Below, in pieces: positions 37,961 to 50,139 of a stretch of DNA of 64,000 nt. The notes under the pieces were generated by a model. That model was not told the DNA's origin and searched no databases. It saw only the letters and a program-made list of their open reading frames with translations. A program made the translations under genes and the position numbers. The stretch lies in the NCBI RefSeq assembly GCF_018350175.1, contig NC_058368.1:87484001-87548000 (forward strand), written 5' to 3'. The stretch is from Felis catus. Lineage: Eukaryota. The first letter of the stretch is position 1. Each line of letters opens with the position of its first letter.

Positions 37961-39050
37961 ATGGGTGTGCTTCTGTTAGCATTCTCCCAAATGTCCAGAA
38001 ACATGCATTTCTGCTAAGCATGTATGAGGACCCATTTTCCTACACCCTCCGGGACCCAGAGGAGCATAACACTTATAATCTTTTTAATCAGATTTAACCT
38101 TTGCTTGGGCAAAAAAAAAAACAAGAAGTAATTGTAAACCTACGACTGTTAAATTTCACTTATATTCCTGATGATTGACCTTTAAAGAGTTTATGGGGCA
38201 CCTGCATGGTTCAGTCGGTTGAGCATCCGACTCTTGATTTCGGCTCAGGTAATGATCTCATGGTTCATGGGTTCAAGCCCCACATTGGGCTCCATGCTGA
38301 TGGTGCAGAGCCTGCTTGGGATTCTGTCTCCCTCTCTCTGTGCCCCTTCCCTGCTCATGCTGTCGCTCTCTCAGAAATGTGTGGATAAACATTAAAAAAT
38401 TAATAATGAAAGAAATACTATGAATTCTTTTTCATGTTTTTAATGTTTTATTTATTTTTGAGAGAGAGTGAGTATGAGCAGGGGAGGGGTAGAGAGAGAG
38501 GGAGACACAGAATCTGAAGCAGGCTCTAGGCTCTGAGCTGCCAGCACAGAGCCTGATGCAGGGCTCAAACTCACAGACCGTGAGATCATGACCTAAGCTG
38601 AAACCAAGAGTCGGGTGCTTAACCGACTGAACCACCCATGTGCCCCCAAAATGAACAATGTTTACATGACATTTATTGTTACCATCCATTTGTCTTGTAA
38701 CATTCACAGGAAACTTGAAACCCTCACTTCATGCTTCAGCTGGCAGAGATCTTGTAGTTCCATTTTGCAGAGGATATCTTCATTTATTTATTTTTTTAAT
38801 GTTTATTGTATTTATATTTGAGAGGGAGAGAGAGTGCAAACGGGGGAGGAGCAGAGAGAGAAGGAGACACAGACTCTGAAGCAGGCTCCAGGTTCTGACC
38901 TCTCAGCACAGAGCCCAGCATGGTGCTCGAACCCACAAACTGCGAGATCATGACCTGAGCTGCAGTCGGACGCCTAACCGACTAAGCCCCCAGGGGCCCT
39001 TCTTTATTGTTATGGTATCCTGGTATTATATGCATATGCTATCACTTTTT

Positions 39051-39261
39051 TTTTTTTTCAACGTTTATTTATTTTTGGGACAGAGAGAGACAGAGCATGA
39101 ACGGGGGAGGGGCAGAGAGAGAAGGAGACACCGAATGGGAAACAGGCTCCAGACTCTGAGCCATCACCCCAGAGCCTGACACGGGGCTCGAACTCACGGA
39201 CCGCAAGATCGTGACCTGGCTGAAGTCGGACGCTTAACCGACTGTGCCACCCAGGCACCCC
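39051..39261 (-). mobile_element. Young felid Can-SINE (SINEC_Fc-type) with TSD
   Basis: Same subfamily diagnostics on the - strand; TSD TGCTATCACTTTTT at 39037-39050 and 39262-39275. Confidence 0.92.
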
Positions 39262-40117
39262 TGCTATCACTTTTTAAATTAAAAATTGCCATGGTTCATG
39301 ACTCAAAGTATAAGAAAAGTCTCTTTGTCAGGACACCTGGCTGGCTCAGTCGGTGGATCATCCAACACTTGATCTCAGCGTCCTGAGTTCAAGCCCCACC
39401 TTGGGTGTGGAGCCTACGTAATTTAAAAAGACAGTAATAATTTTTTTTAAAAAAAAAGAAAGAAGGCAAAGTCTCCATGTAGCACTAACCATAGGCCCCT
39501 CTATAGCAGCAGGCAGCGTTCCAGACTTCTGGACACTTGGCACGTGGGGACCATCTAGACCACCTTCCACATGGGTGCTTTTTCCATGGGTGAATCCCTT
39601 AGAGGGATTCCTTCTTGGTACAGACAGGCCCTCGTTCCTCCTCACCGGTGTGTGATGTTCCTGCTGGGAAGTAGCTTAGTTCTGTGACACTGGGCACAGA
39701 TGTCGGATTCTTTCACTGTCACCTGGAATCATTAATGTTGCAGTGAACAAGCTTGTACTTTGCACATATGCAGCGTAAACTCTAAAAATGCAATGTCTGC
39801 ATTGGTGATTCAGTTGGACACCCCCCATGTACCCACCTCGGAGCTGAGGGTGTCAGGCTGCCCCAGCACTGACAAGGAAGCCAGTGAATGATCCGTGGCC
39901 ATCCTGTCCCCGAGAGGCATCTGCCATTGGGATTATGCTGAACCTGATCCGTGTGAGGTCATCTCAGGCTACAGCTGGGGCAGCCTCTCTGCCTTCCCTT
40001 CCATGGGGCTCATGCGGCTGGGGTCTCGAGGGGCTCTGCCCTTCATCCCAGCTTGCTTTCCCCTGGTTCAGAGCTTCCCTGGACTCAGGCATCCTCGTTG
40101 TCCCCCTGTGGTTTCAG

Positions 40118-40250
40118 AACCGGGTTTCTCCTTTCAAGGATATGATTTTCTGCTTCTCCCAAGAGGACTGGTCCCTTCTAGACCCTGCGCAGACGGGCTT
40201 CTATGGAGAGTTCATCATCGGGGAGGACTGTGGGGTCTCGCTGCCTCCAA
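40118..40250 (+). CDS. ZNF496: ZNF496 coding exon 4 (degenerate KRAB-A box)
   Basis: gtttcag|AAC CGG GTT TCT CCT TTC AAG GAT = NRVSPFKDMIFCFSQEDWSLLDPAQTGFYGEFIIGEDCGVSLPP; donor CCA A|gtaaga; 133 nt. Confidence 0.95.
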
Positions 40251-40876
40251 GTAAGACTTACCCCCTCTCTCCTGAGGCCAGAGACTGGGGGGGCCGGCAT
40301 CTGATTGCTTTTCACCCCCAGACCTCATGGGCACTTTGCAGATTGACCATCACCCACCCTCTGTCTGCCACATGTAGATCAGGCTTGCCTGGCTGTTTCA
40401 TACAAAACCAAATGCAACATGTTTCCTGTGCGTCTGGTTTTCTGCCATTTTTTTTTTTAGCGTTTGTTTATTTTTGAGAGAGCAAGAGAGACTGAGCTTG
40501 AGTGGGGGAGGGGCAGAGAGAGAGGGAGACACACAAAGCAGGCTCCAGGCTCTGAGCTGTCAGCACATGGCCCAATGCGGGGTTCCAACTCACAAGCCGT
40601 GAGATCATGACCTGAGCCACGCAGGCACCCTGGTTTTCTGTCATTCTTCTATGGCTCTCTTCACGTCTGATTTCCTGACAGCCCCAAAGGATATGCGCTC
40701 ATCCCAAAGCTCTTCCTTTCATGTGCTCCTTGTCCTGCCCCCTCCCTGCATGCCCCATGGCCCCTCATGGCCCCTGCGGGTGCATCTGCCCTGGTGCAGA
40801 GGTCCCCCCCCTCCATCTGGCCTGGGCTCCTGTGCAGACACCTCAGTGACAACTGTGTCCTCCTCTCCATGAACAG

Positions 40877-40984
40877 GTGACCCGGGCACCCAGCTGCATC
40901 TCTCCCAGGGAGAGGAGAATGAGCCCCGGGTTCCAGAGTTGCAGGACCTGCAAGGGAAGGACGTGCCCCAGGTTTCTTACTTGG
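40877..40984 (+). CDS. ZNF496: ZNF496 coding exon 5
   Basis: gaacag|GT GAC CCG = (S)DPGTQLHLSQGEENEPRVPELQDLQGKDVPQVSYL; donor TTG G|gtgagt; 108 nt, phase 1-1. Confidence 0.94.
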
Positions 40985-41971
40985 GTGAGTGATGGTTGCA
41001 GAGCTGGGGGGAGTTTGCTGCTGGCCAGGGCAGGCCAGCCTCTCCAGCCTCCCTCTGCAGCCCAGTGTCCCTCCCCCTCCCCCCCATCCCACACTCTGTC
41101 TTGCTGGAACATGCCTGGCCTCTTCCCTGACTCTTCCAGAAACACTGTGAGGTTTCAGTTCTGTTGGGTGTGGGGATCACTCTGCCCTCAGCCAGAGCCC
41201 AGGGTGTGACAGAAGTCTTTCTTCTCACTGTAAGCAGTGCTGGTTTGTGCCGAACAGGTGCCCCCCTGCCCCCAGCTCCCACATGTGAGGTCAGGTACTC
41301 TCCAGAAGTGAGGCCAGGGAGGAGGAGGAGGAGGCCATAGCTTCTCCTGGCCAGGCACCAGGCATAGCACCTCTGGATGCCTGGCCAGTCTGGTTTATGT
41401 GAGGAAACCAAGGCACAGAGAGGTGCTGGGGCTGAGTGGACAGCAGCACAGCTCAGCAGCATTTTCCCACAACCTCCCTGCCCTGGGGCAGTCCATGTCA
41501 CCAGAACTCCGTGCCCTGATGCCATGAGATGTCCACCCCTTCAGGGAGACACGCTTTGCACAGTATGGGCAGCAGCTCCACACCTCGGCCCCTCTGGGAC
41601 CTGAAGCTGGCAAATCAGACCAGGCTGTGGCTCACCACCCCCAGCTGGGACGAGGTGCAGACTCTCCGGCACATGGAGGCGGCGGCCCCTGTGCTCCCTC
41701 TGCCCCGGCTGGGTCTGTATCCATGGGTGCAGGGCCCCGTGCTGAAGCCTGCACAAACCCCACCACAGAGTGGCGGTGAGCACAGGGATGCCCTCAGGAC
41801 CAGACGGCATCCACATCCACACGGATTCTGTCTGGTGTCAGAGCCCATGTTCCTGCTGCTGGCCATTCTGCCTTACCAAGCGGCTGCCCAGGGCTGCTCC
41901 CAGATCACAGCAGGGCATATGTGAGGCTGGCAACTGCAGGGCAAATCAGTTTCTCCATTTTCTTTGGAAAG

Positions 41972-42085
41972 ACTTCCCAGGTCTCCAGCCATTCCAGGTG
42001 GAAGAGAGAAGGAAACGGGATGAGCTGCAGGTGCCCGAGTTCCAGACCTGCCAGCAGACGGCACTCACCCAGAGCACCTGCCCAG
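41972..42085 (+). CDS. ZNF496: ZNF496 coding exon 6
   Basis: ttttctttggaaag|AC TTC CCA = (D)FPGLQPFQVEERRKRDELQVPEFQTCQQTALTQSTCP; donor CCA G|gtaaag; 114 nt, phase 1-1. Confidence 0.92.
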
Positions 42086-43444
42086 GTAAAGGGGGTGGGG
42101 AGAGTGGGGGGCAGTGTGCAGTGTGTATGCGAGCAACAATGTACATGGTAGGGGGTGTAGCATGGTGTGTGCTGGTGTGTAGTGTGGTGCGCGTCTACCT
42201 GCCTGTGTGCTGTGTGGTGGGGTCCGTGTGTGTGTGCCTGTGCACTTGGTGTCCGGTGTGAGGCATGCGAAAGTGCACGCGTGTGTGGTGTCCAGTGTGG
42301 TGCGTGTGTGCGGCTGGGAGGTACGGTGGGGTCAGGAACTGGACTCTTCGGGACCCTGCCAGCTGCAGCTGCTTGGGCTGGTTCTGTTCTGCCTGGATCC
42401 CTCAGGTTTGGAGAACCTCCCTTCCTTGCCCTCCCTCTGCGGGTTGAAGCAGGGCTGTGATGTAGGGTCAGAGTCCCTGATCTGAGTCCGGGAATTAAGA
42501 CCAGGTCTGGGATGGCCGAGTTGAGGGGCCCTCTGGACAAGGAGGCAGAGCCTCACAGGAGTGGCCAGCATGCACTCTGAGCTGTGATGGTGAAAGTCAC
42601 CACCTGCAGAAGCAAGGACTAAAATACAGCCAGCCTTATTGGTCTCGGGGTTCAGACCTCCTTCCAAACACCAGAGCCAAGCTCTGGTTCTCCCTGGAGC
42701 CCACTGGGTCATGGAGATTTCCCTCAGTTAGGAAGACGGGCTAACGCATGATCTCTTTGACCCGTGGTGGCATTTGGAGGCAAGACTTGCGTGGGATTGT
42801 GGTATTTCCATGCAGCTTCATGCAGGGCCCACAGTCATTTATGTGTGTGTTTGTGTAAATCTGTGTGCTGAGGGTGATCATTCATGCAGGCTTCAGCAAT
42901 ACCCCCAGAGGCATGTTGGGTCCTTGCTGGCACCTCCCTGCCCACAGTGTGTCTCACCCCCACCGGCGTCATTTCACAAGGGGGACGGATGTTCACCAAC
43001 ATGGAGTGCTCTCACCTCCACTCCCCTTCCTGGGTCCTGACACAGAGTCTCTTCTGAAATGGCACAAGCCAAGGTTGCCGTCTGAAATTGGGGAAGTGCT
43101 GGATTCCCAGGAACAGGCACTGGTTTTGTTTTGGTGGCCCATGCTGTGTGACATCAGGGGAGGGGTCTGTACCTGCACAGCCATGCCCACGCAAGATGCT
43201 ACGGGCCCATCCATTCGTGCCAATCACCAGTGCATCTCAGTGCTGCACAGAGATGGAACGTGTCTTTTCGCTTCCCACATTTCCTCTGTGAGTCGACTAG
43301 TTAATATTCGTTCATCCTTGTTTTTGTTGGCTTTTCCCTGTTCACATTTGGTGAGCTCTGTTTAGGGCCCAAGTGCAGCACCACTGTAAGTTCTCAACGA
43401 GATTGTGTGCACTGGGTCCTTCTGGCACCTTCCAAGATGCATAC

Positions 43445-43820
43445 TGTCTTAGCACAGGCTGATTCTGCAAGACAGTGTAGATGGGGCAGCTTAGACGAAA
43501 GGGATTTATTTCTCACAGTCTGGAGGTGGGGAGAGTCTGAGATGGTAGTGCTAGCACATCCTGTAAGTAGTTAGGACTCTTCCTGGCTCGTAAACACTTG
43601 CCTTCTCCCTGTGTGCTCTTGGAAGGAGACAGCATGGATCTGTCCTGTCTCTTCCTCTTCTTGTAAGGGCTCTCATCCCAACACAAGGGTCCCAACACCA
43701 GTAGGTCCCACTGTCGAAACCTAGCCACCACCACCCCCCACCCCCCACAAAGGCCGCACTGCCTAACGCAGGCTCGAACGTATGAGTACTGGGGGAGACA
43801 GATATTTAGCCCATAAGAGG
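43445..43820. mobile_element. MaLR (MLT1/MST-like) LTR
   Basis: TTTATTTCTCACAGTCTGGAGG...TAAGGGCTCTCATCCCA...GGGGAGACAGATATTTAGCCCATA. Confidence 0.7.
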
Positions 43821-44989
43821 TACTGTGATGTCTCTGTTGTGCATCTGGGGCACGTGGTCCGAGTCAGGGGCCCAGGAACACCCTGCACTGCAGATATGAA
43901 GCCATGTGGTCAGATGCACAACATCTGGGCTATACCCTTCACATTACCAAGCTGGTGTTCTCTGAGAGAATTTCATAGAAACTCAACATTAAGGGCCTCT
44001 TACATATATCCACACGATTCTTCCCACTTTTTTTAAACTTTCTAGGTCTTTCAGCCTATAATTCTTGTTCTGCATTTTAAAAATGTAAATTTATTCATCA
44101 TCTCCTGTTTGGTTTTTTGTCTTGTAAGTAAGCCTCCTCACTCTAACATTCTAAGAATATATTTTTTATAATGCCTTTATTTTTTTTTATTTACTTTCAG
44201 TCCACGCTGCCCCTCAGCCCCTCTGGCTCTTGGGGGTCTGTTCATTTCCAGTGCACAGAGTGCTCTTCAGGACACGTCAGCTGCGAGCCAAGGCATGTGC
44301 CTCTGCTCCCGGCTCACACGCCGGTCTGGCCGTTTCCTGCCTGCAGCACAGCCTGGCCACAGCTCTCCTGAAACCCAGGGCTGCTTTCTCCCTCTGCTTT
44401 AAATTTTTCACCTGCCAAACAGGCGTAATCATCATAGTTGCCAGGTGGGGTTACTATGGTTCTTTTTCTTTTTTTTAATGTTTATTTATTTATTTTGAGA
44501 GACAGAGAATCCCAAGCAGGCTCCACAGTCAGCACAGAGCCCAGCATGGGGCTTGAACCCACAAACCATGAGATCATGACCTGAGCTGAATTCAAGAGTC
44601 TGGACACCTAAAGGACTGAGCCCCCCCCCCCCCCCCAGGTGCCCTCAGATGGACTCGTTGTTGAGGATTAAATAGTTCATGTAAAAGCACGTAGATAGAT
44701 CAGTAATTCTTGCCTGTTACCCCACCGTTACCCTACTACTCAGTTCAGCGCCCCTGCGTCCACCCCCACATACCTTGTTACTCATCAGTGCTGAGCCAAG
44801 AGCTCCCTCTTAACTCTCTTCCTGCTGCTCTGGGCACACCTCGGAGTCTCATGTTACCTACTAGGGATTCTTCACGTTGTTGTATTGATGACACACAACA
44901 GCATTACTGTTGATTTCTTCCTCCCTCTTCAGAAGCTCCACGTCTATTTTTGTTAACTTTCTGATCTGAGTGGATGTCCTCCCATGTGC

Positions 44990-46056
44990 ATTCTATTAGT
45001 CTCGGAGGGCTGCGATACCAAAATACCACAGACCGGGAGGCTCAAACAAGGGTGGATTTTCTCAGAATTCTGGAGGCTGCATGGCTAGGATGAAGGTGGC
45101 CGCATGGTGGGCTTCTGAGCCCCCCTCCCCCTTCTTGGCTTGTGGATGGCAGTCTCCTCCCTGTGTCTTCTCGCAATCCATCTCTGAGTGTCTGTGCCCC
45201 AATCTTCTTACAAGGACACCTGGTGGAGCAGGTCCTGCCCTAATGACCTCATTTTAACTTAATTCCCTCTTGAAATGCCTTATTTCCAAATATGCTCATA
45301 TTCGGAGGTACTGGGGTTAGGACTTGGATCTATGGATTTTTAAGGGGCTGCAGTTCAGCTCATTCCACCCTCGTGTCCTACAAAGTCGTGTTCTCTTCCC
45401 ATGCAAAGTGTATTCACCCTCTCTGGACATCCCTTAATCTCTTCCAGCACCAGCTCTGCATCCGTAACCTTATCTGAATGTCCTGTAGATCAGGTAGAGG
45501 TGAGACCCAAGGCACATCCTCTCTGGCTGTGAATCTGTGAAACCACACGTCCAGTGCTGTACTTCTCAAAGTGCAGTGCTCAGGCTGGCACAGGATAGAC
45601 CTTTTCATCCCAAAAGGGGAAAATTGGGAAGAAGAAAGGTTCCCAAGCAAGTTTGAGGCCCAGTAGGGCAAATTCCATTAGAACTTAAGGCTTGGGGCGC
45701 CTGGGTGGCTCAGTTGGTTAAGGGTCCGACTTCGGCTCAAATCATGATCTCGTGGTTCATGAGTTTGAGCCCCACACCGGGCTCTGTATCGACAGCTCAG
45801 AGCCTGGAGCCTGCTTCAGATTCTGTGCCTCCTGCTGTCTGCCCCTCCACTGCTTGCACTCTGTCTCTCTCTCAAAAATAAACATTAAAAATTTTTTAAA
45901 AAAAGAAAGTTTGGGGCACCTGGGTGGCTCAGTGTGTTAAACGTCTGACACTTTATATTGGCTCGGGTCGTGATCTCATGGTCATGAGTTTGAGCACCAA
46001 GTTGGGTTCTGTGCTGACTCAGCACAGAATCCTCTTGGGATTCTGTCTCTCTCCCT

Positions 46057-46099
<43 letters not shown>

Positions 46100-46830
46100 C
46101 CTCCCCTGCTCATGTGCACACTCATTCATTCTCTCTCTCTCAAAAATAAATAAACTTGAACTTAAAGCTTGGGATCAATCTCTGGCCAGCACTCTGATCG
46201 CCCTTGGGCCCCAGGCTGCTGTAGCATCCTGTCTACCTGGGGACGGCCATTGGAGCCAGCCCTCTTTCATCAAGGCCAACTCCCATGTGTCTCCAGATAG
46301 CTCTGCTGGACTACTCTGTGGAATCCCAGAAGTCTGACGGCCTTCCTAAGGTCTCTTGCTTTTTAGTCTGAGTTGGCCGCGTCCCTGCTCACAGTGCAGT
46401 TCACAGGCGTTCAGGTCACCAGACCAGAGGGTCCTCCGCAGCTCTTTCCTGGATTGCCTCCCCTCCATGGGTTACACCCAGAATCCCTTTACCAAATGGT
46501 TATCCGGCCACTTGGGCATTCTCTCCAGAGCATACTTTGTAATTTTTTCAGTGTGGATAAAAGTGGGAATTTTCCAGGTTCTCAAGTCTTTATTCCCCAG
46601 TCTCATGTTGTGCTGTGTCCCCTTACCCTAGTCCCCTTAGGAACAAGTGCTTCATGGCCCTGCTGCTGCCTGGTGTCTGCCCCATGCTCTGTGGCTTCTG
46701 GGTACTCCTGCCCTGCTTCTGTATCTCCAGCTCCACCCACCCTCAGGTTCCCTAACCTCACAGAATGCTCCTTCCTCCAGAGACTAAATCCAGAATCAGC
46801 ATGTTTCTGCTAACATCTCAATTCCTGCTA
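44990..46830. mobile_element. MaLR LTR plus internal-region remnant with two inserted SINEs
   Basis: MLT1-like LTR at 44990-45365 followed by MaLR internal-like sequence; SINEs at ~45693-45900 and 45912-46156. Confidence 0.65.
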
Positions 46831-47634
46831 AGACCTCAAGGGGGTCTCGCAGCACTCCCCGCCCCCCCGCCTCAGTCCCACATCTCACACAGTTAGGAAA
46901 CAGACCAGATGGGGAGCTGCGTGGTGGGCCTGGGGCTACGACTTCACCCCACTCCCCACCCATCTTCCAACATCACAGACTCAGGATTCATGGAGTCTGC
47001 CCGCTGCAGTCTAGAGTATAAAGTATAGAGCAGCTCTACCCATCACCACTGGGGGCAGCTGGCAGGCGTCAGAGGTGACACTGAGGGAAAGCTGACCTGG
47101 GTGTAGGGTACTGTTGAACAGCCCTGAGGTCAGCACAACGAGCCTGACTCCCCTTCAACCCTGAGCCCAGAGTGTGTCACCCAAGTTTGTGCATATATAT
47201 AATTTGGCAAATAATACATCAGTGACTTATATCCAGGAACAAACAGGGCTGTTCATGTCACAAGTGCCACAGAGCCCCTGGAGCTTGTCAGTGCTCAGCA
47301 CATGGTAGCTGGTACCTTCCTGGCACTGCCTTCCTAGAATATGGTGTCTTTCTCTTTCCTGACAGCTTTAACGTGCCCTATGACATTAGGTAAGTGGTGT
47401 TAACTGATGTGTAAATGGCCAAGACTTCACACTGACAAATACAAAGTCCTTAGAGCTTGTAGGGTTCTCTGCCTAGAAAAGGAGGAAGGAAAGGATTGTG
47501 TGATGGGGCCTTAAGGGAACAGGACAGGGAAGGGGAAGAGAATCCACTCTGAACCTCCCTGGCGAGCCTTTGCAGGGGCAGGGCTGTGGCATGGGCAGCA
47601 GCACTGAATGAACTTCCGCGTGGCTTCCCTGTAG

Positions 47635-48371
47635 CCGGAGGGGACGTGCTGACCCCCGAGAACGGCCTGGACGAGGAGGTGACCATCGAGATCGTCCTGT
47701 CCAGCTCTGGAGACGAGGACTCCCAGCTCGGCCCTTACTGCACTGATGAGCCTCGGGGCCCCGCCGAGAAGCCGCGCAGCCTCCCCGCCTCCCACCGCAG
47801 CGGCGCAGAGCCTGGGGACGAGGTGCAGACGTCATCCAAAAAGTCCTACATCTGCCCCAACTGCGGGAAGATCTTCCGCTGGAGGGTCAACTTCATCCGG
47901 CACCTGCGCAGCCGCAGGGAGCAGAAGCCGCACGAGTGCTCGGTGTGCGGGGAGCTGTTCAGCGACAGCGAGGACCTGGACGGGCACCTGGAGAGCCACG
48001 AGGCGCAGAAGCCCTACCGCTGCGGCGCCTGCGGGAAGAGCTTCCGCCTCAACTCGCACCTGCTGTCTCACAGGCGGATACACCTGCCGACGGGTGGACT
48101 GGAGCCGGTGCCAAAGACCGAGCCGAACGCGGCGGGGGCCGTGGGCGGGGGCCCGGGCGGCATGCTAGCCTTCCAGTGCTGCGACTGCGGGCGGGCGTTC
48201 CAGCGGCCAGAGCACCTGGCGCGGCACCGCAGCAGCGCGCACCTGCGGGGCACGGCGCAGCCCTTCCAGTGCCGCTACTGCGTCAAGAGCTTCTCTCAGA
48301 ACTGCGACCTGCTTCGCCACCAGCGCCTGCACTTGAAGCGCCGCTCCAAGCAGGCCCTCAACTCCTACTGA
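47635..48371 (+). CDS. ZNF496: ZNF496 terminal coding exon: C2HR finger plus four C2H2 fingers, stop TGA
   Basis: cttccctgtag|CC GGA GGG; LDEEVTIEIVLSSSGDEDSQ...CPNCGKIFRWRVNFIRHLRSRRE, CSVC..HLESH, CGAC..HRRIH, CCDC..HRSSAH, CRYC..HQRLH, ending KRRSKQALNSY*. Summed CDS is 1743 nt = 580 aa + stop. Confidence 0.97.
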
Positions 48372-49189
48372 GGCGGCCCGGCCTGGCCCCTCCCGCGGTG
48401 CACCTGCCCGGGACAGAAGCTCCGTCCTCCCACCCTTCGCTCTCAGGTAGAAATGAGATAGTGGCCGACTGAGCATGTGCTCTGTCTCGGCCGTGCCAAA
48501 AAGCAGGGAGGGCGCGTCTCCACCAGCTGTGACTCTTCATCTCTGCAGGTCCTAGAGAACCGTCCCTCCAGAGCTTCCCTGGCAGGGAGGGATGGGACCA
48601 CCCCCCGGGGTCTGGCCCTTGCCAGCCAGTGTCAAGTACACTCCCTTCCCCTGTACTGAGGTCTGGGGGTACCTGCACTGCTGTCCGGCAGCAAAAAGTT
48701 TGGGGTGTGCTGATGGGCTGAGGGTGGCAATAAGGCAGGGTGCGTCCTGTGGGCCTGTGACCACAGGGCCAAACACCAGGCCGCATCCTGTCATCAGAAG
48801 GCTGAGTCTCCATCACCTCTTGGCCCATAGAAACAACCCACTGCTATCAGGCAGCCCTTTTCAGGCTCAAACCGTGCTGGGGGGCTTTATAGCTCCTGCA
48901 GAAGGGAAACTCCTACCCTTTTATTTGTGATGGTGTCTGCTTATTAGGGAACAGGAGCTTATCTAAGGCAAAGCCCCATTTTAAACTGTAGCACACCCAC
49001 CCCTAAATGCTGTTTCTTTGTACCCTTGAAGGGTCTTCATAGGTGGTTTTGGGTGGACGTGCAGTCCATCGAGTCCAGGAAGGGGGGGCTCAGCCCCCAG
49101 TGAGGGTGTCCTGTTGTGTTTGTCTGGGTGAGCTGAGCCGGGAAACCAGAACCTCACGTGAAGTCATGCTCATGCTCTGCGTATGTGAC

Positions 49190-49630
49190 TTAGTGTGCTG
49201 GTTGTGGTCGTTTGCAAGGGCTCCTGCAGAAACCAGATGCCTTAAACAACAAAGGCATCATCTCAGTTCTGAAGGCACAAGTCCAAGATCAGGGTGGCCC
49301 CTCCCAGGGGAGGGTCTATTTCATGCGTCGCCTGTCGCCTGTTGCCTGTCACCTGCCCCCGCACCCCAGGGCTTGCTGGCAATTGTTGGTACTGCATGGC
49401 TTCCAGAAGCATCACCCCAGCTCTGCTGTATTCTCACATGGTGCTCTGTGTGTGTGTCTGTCCCTTTCTGGAAGGAATGCATTCATATCTAAGGTCTGCC
49501 CGTCCTACTCCCGTAGACTCCCATCTTAACTAATTACACCTGCCGTGGCCTCAGTTCCAAAGAAGGTCACACTCCAGTGTGCCAGGGTTAGAGTTGTGGG
49601 GGTTGGGGACACAGTTCAGCCCACAATACC
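49190..49630. mobile_element. MLT1-like LTR inside the putative ZNF496 3' UTR
   Basis: CTTAAACAACA..CTCAGTTCTGAAGG..AAGTCCAAGATCAGGGTG...GGGGACACAGTTCAGCCCACAATA. Confidence 0.7.
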
Positions 49631-50129
49631 ACATGGTCATGTAATGCTCTCATCCCCAATCCACACAAGGACCAATACAAACACTGTAGCTAGCTCTTCC
49701 TTCAACCAGAAGCACGATTCAGACCCAAGCTGCTGCTTTCAGGGTGGGGTGTCCTCTGCACAAGAGCCTTCAAAGTTTGTAGCCTGGCATTCTGGATGGG
49801 GAGTGGAATCTCAGGCATGGATGGCTGTGGTCTTAATGCTTCTGGGAGAACTGACCATGTCCACTAGGCCCAGTGACGAGAAGGCCTGGGGACTGGTGAG
49901 CAGCTGTGGCCAGTTGTAAAAGCCAGTGACCGGTCAGGTGTTCTGTATTATCTATACACCTGCCAGTGTCTCCTGTCATCCACTTCATTGTCCTGTCAAG
50001 ACACCACTCCCCCAGACCCAATGAGAGAGTCCCAAGGTCCTATAGTTAAATGATGGCTGTGCCTGTGTAAGGGCAGCTTCATACCCAGGAACAGTAAGTG
50101 TCATAAAACCATTTGGTCCTACTCTCAGT

Positions 50130-50139
50130 AATAAATAAA
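50130..50139 (+). terminator. ZNF496: Candidate ZNF496 polyadenylation signal (overlapping AATAAA x2); alternatives at 50203 and 50821
   Basis: First AATAAA I found after the stop codon, followed by a GT/T-rich stretch; implies a ~1.8-kb 3' UTR. Confidence 0.5.
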
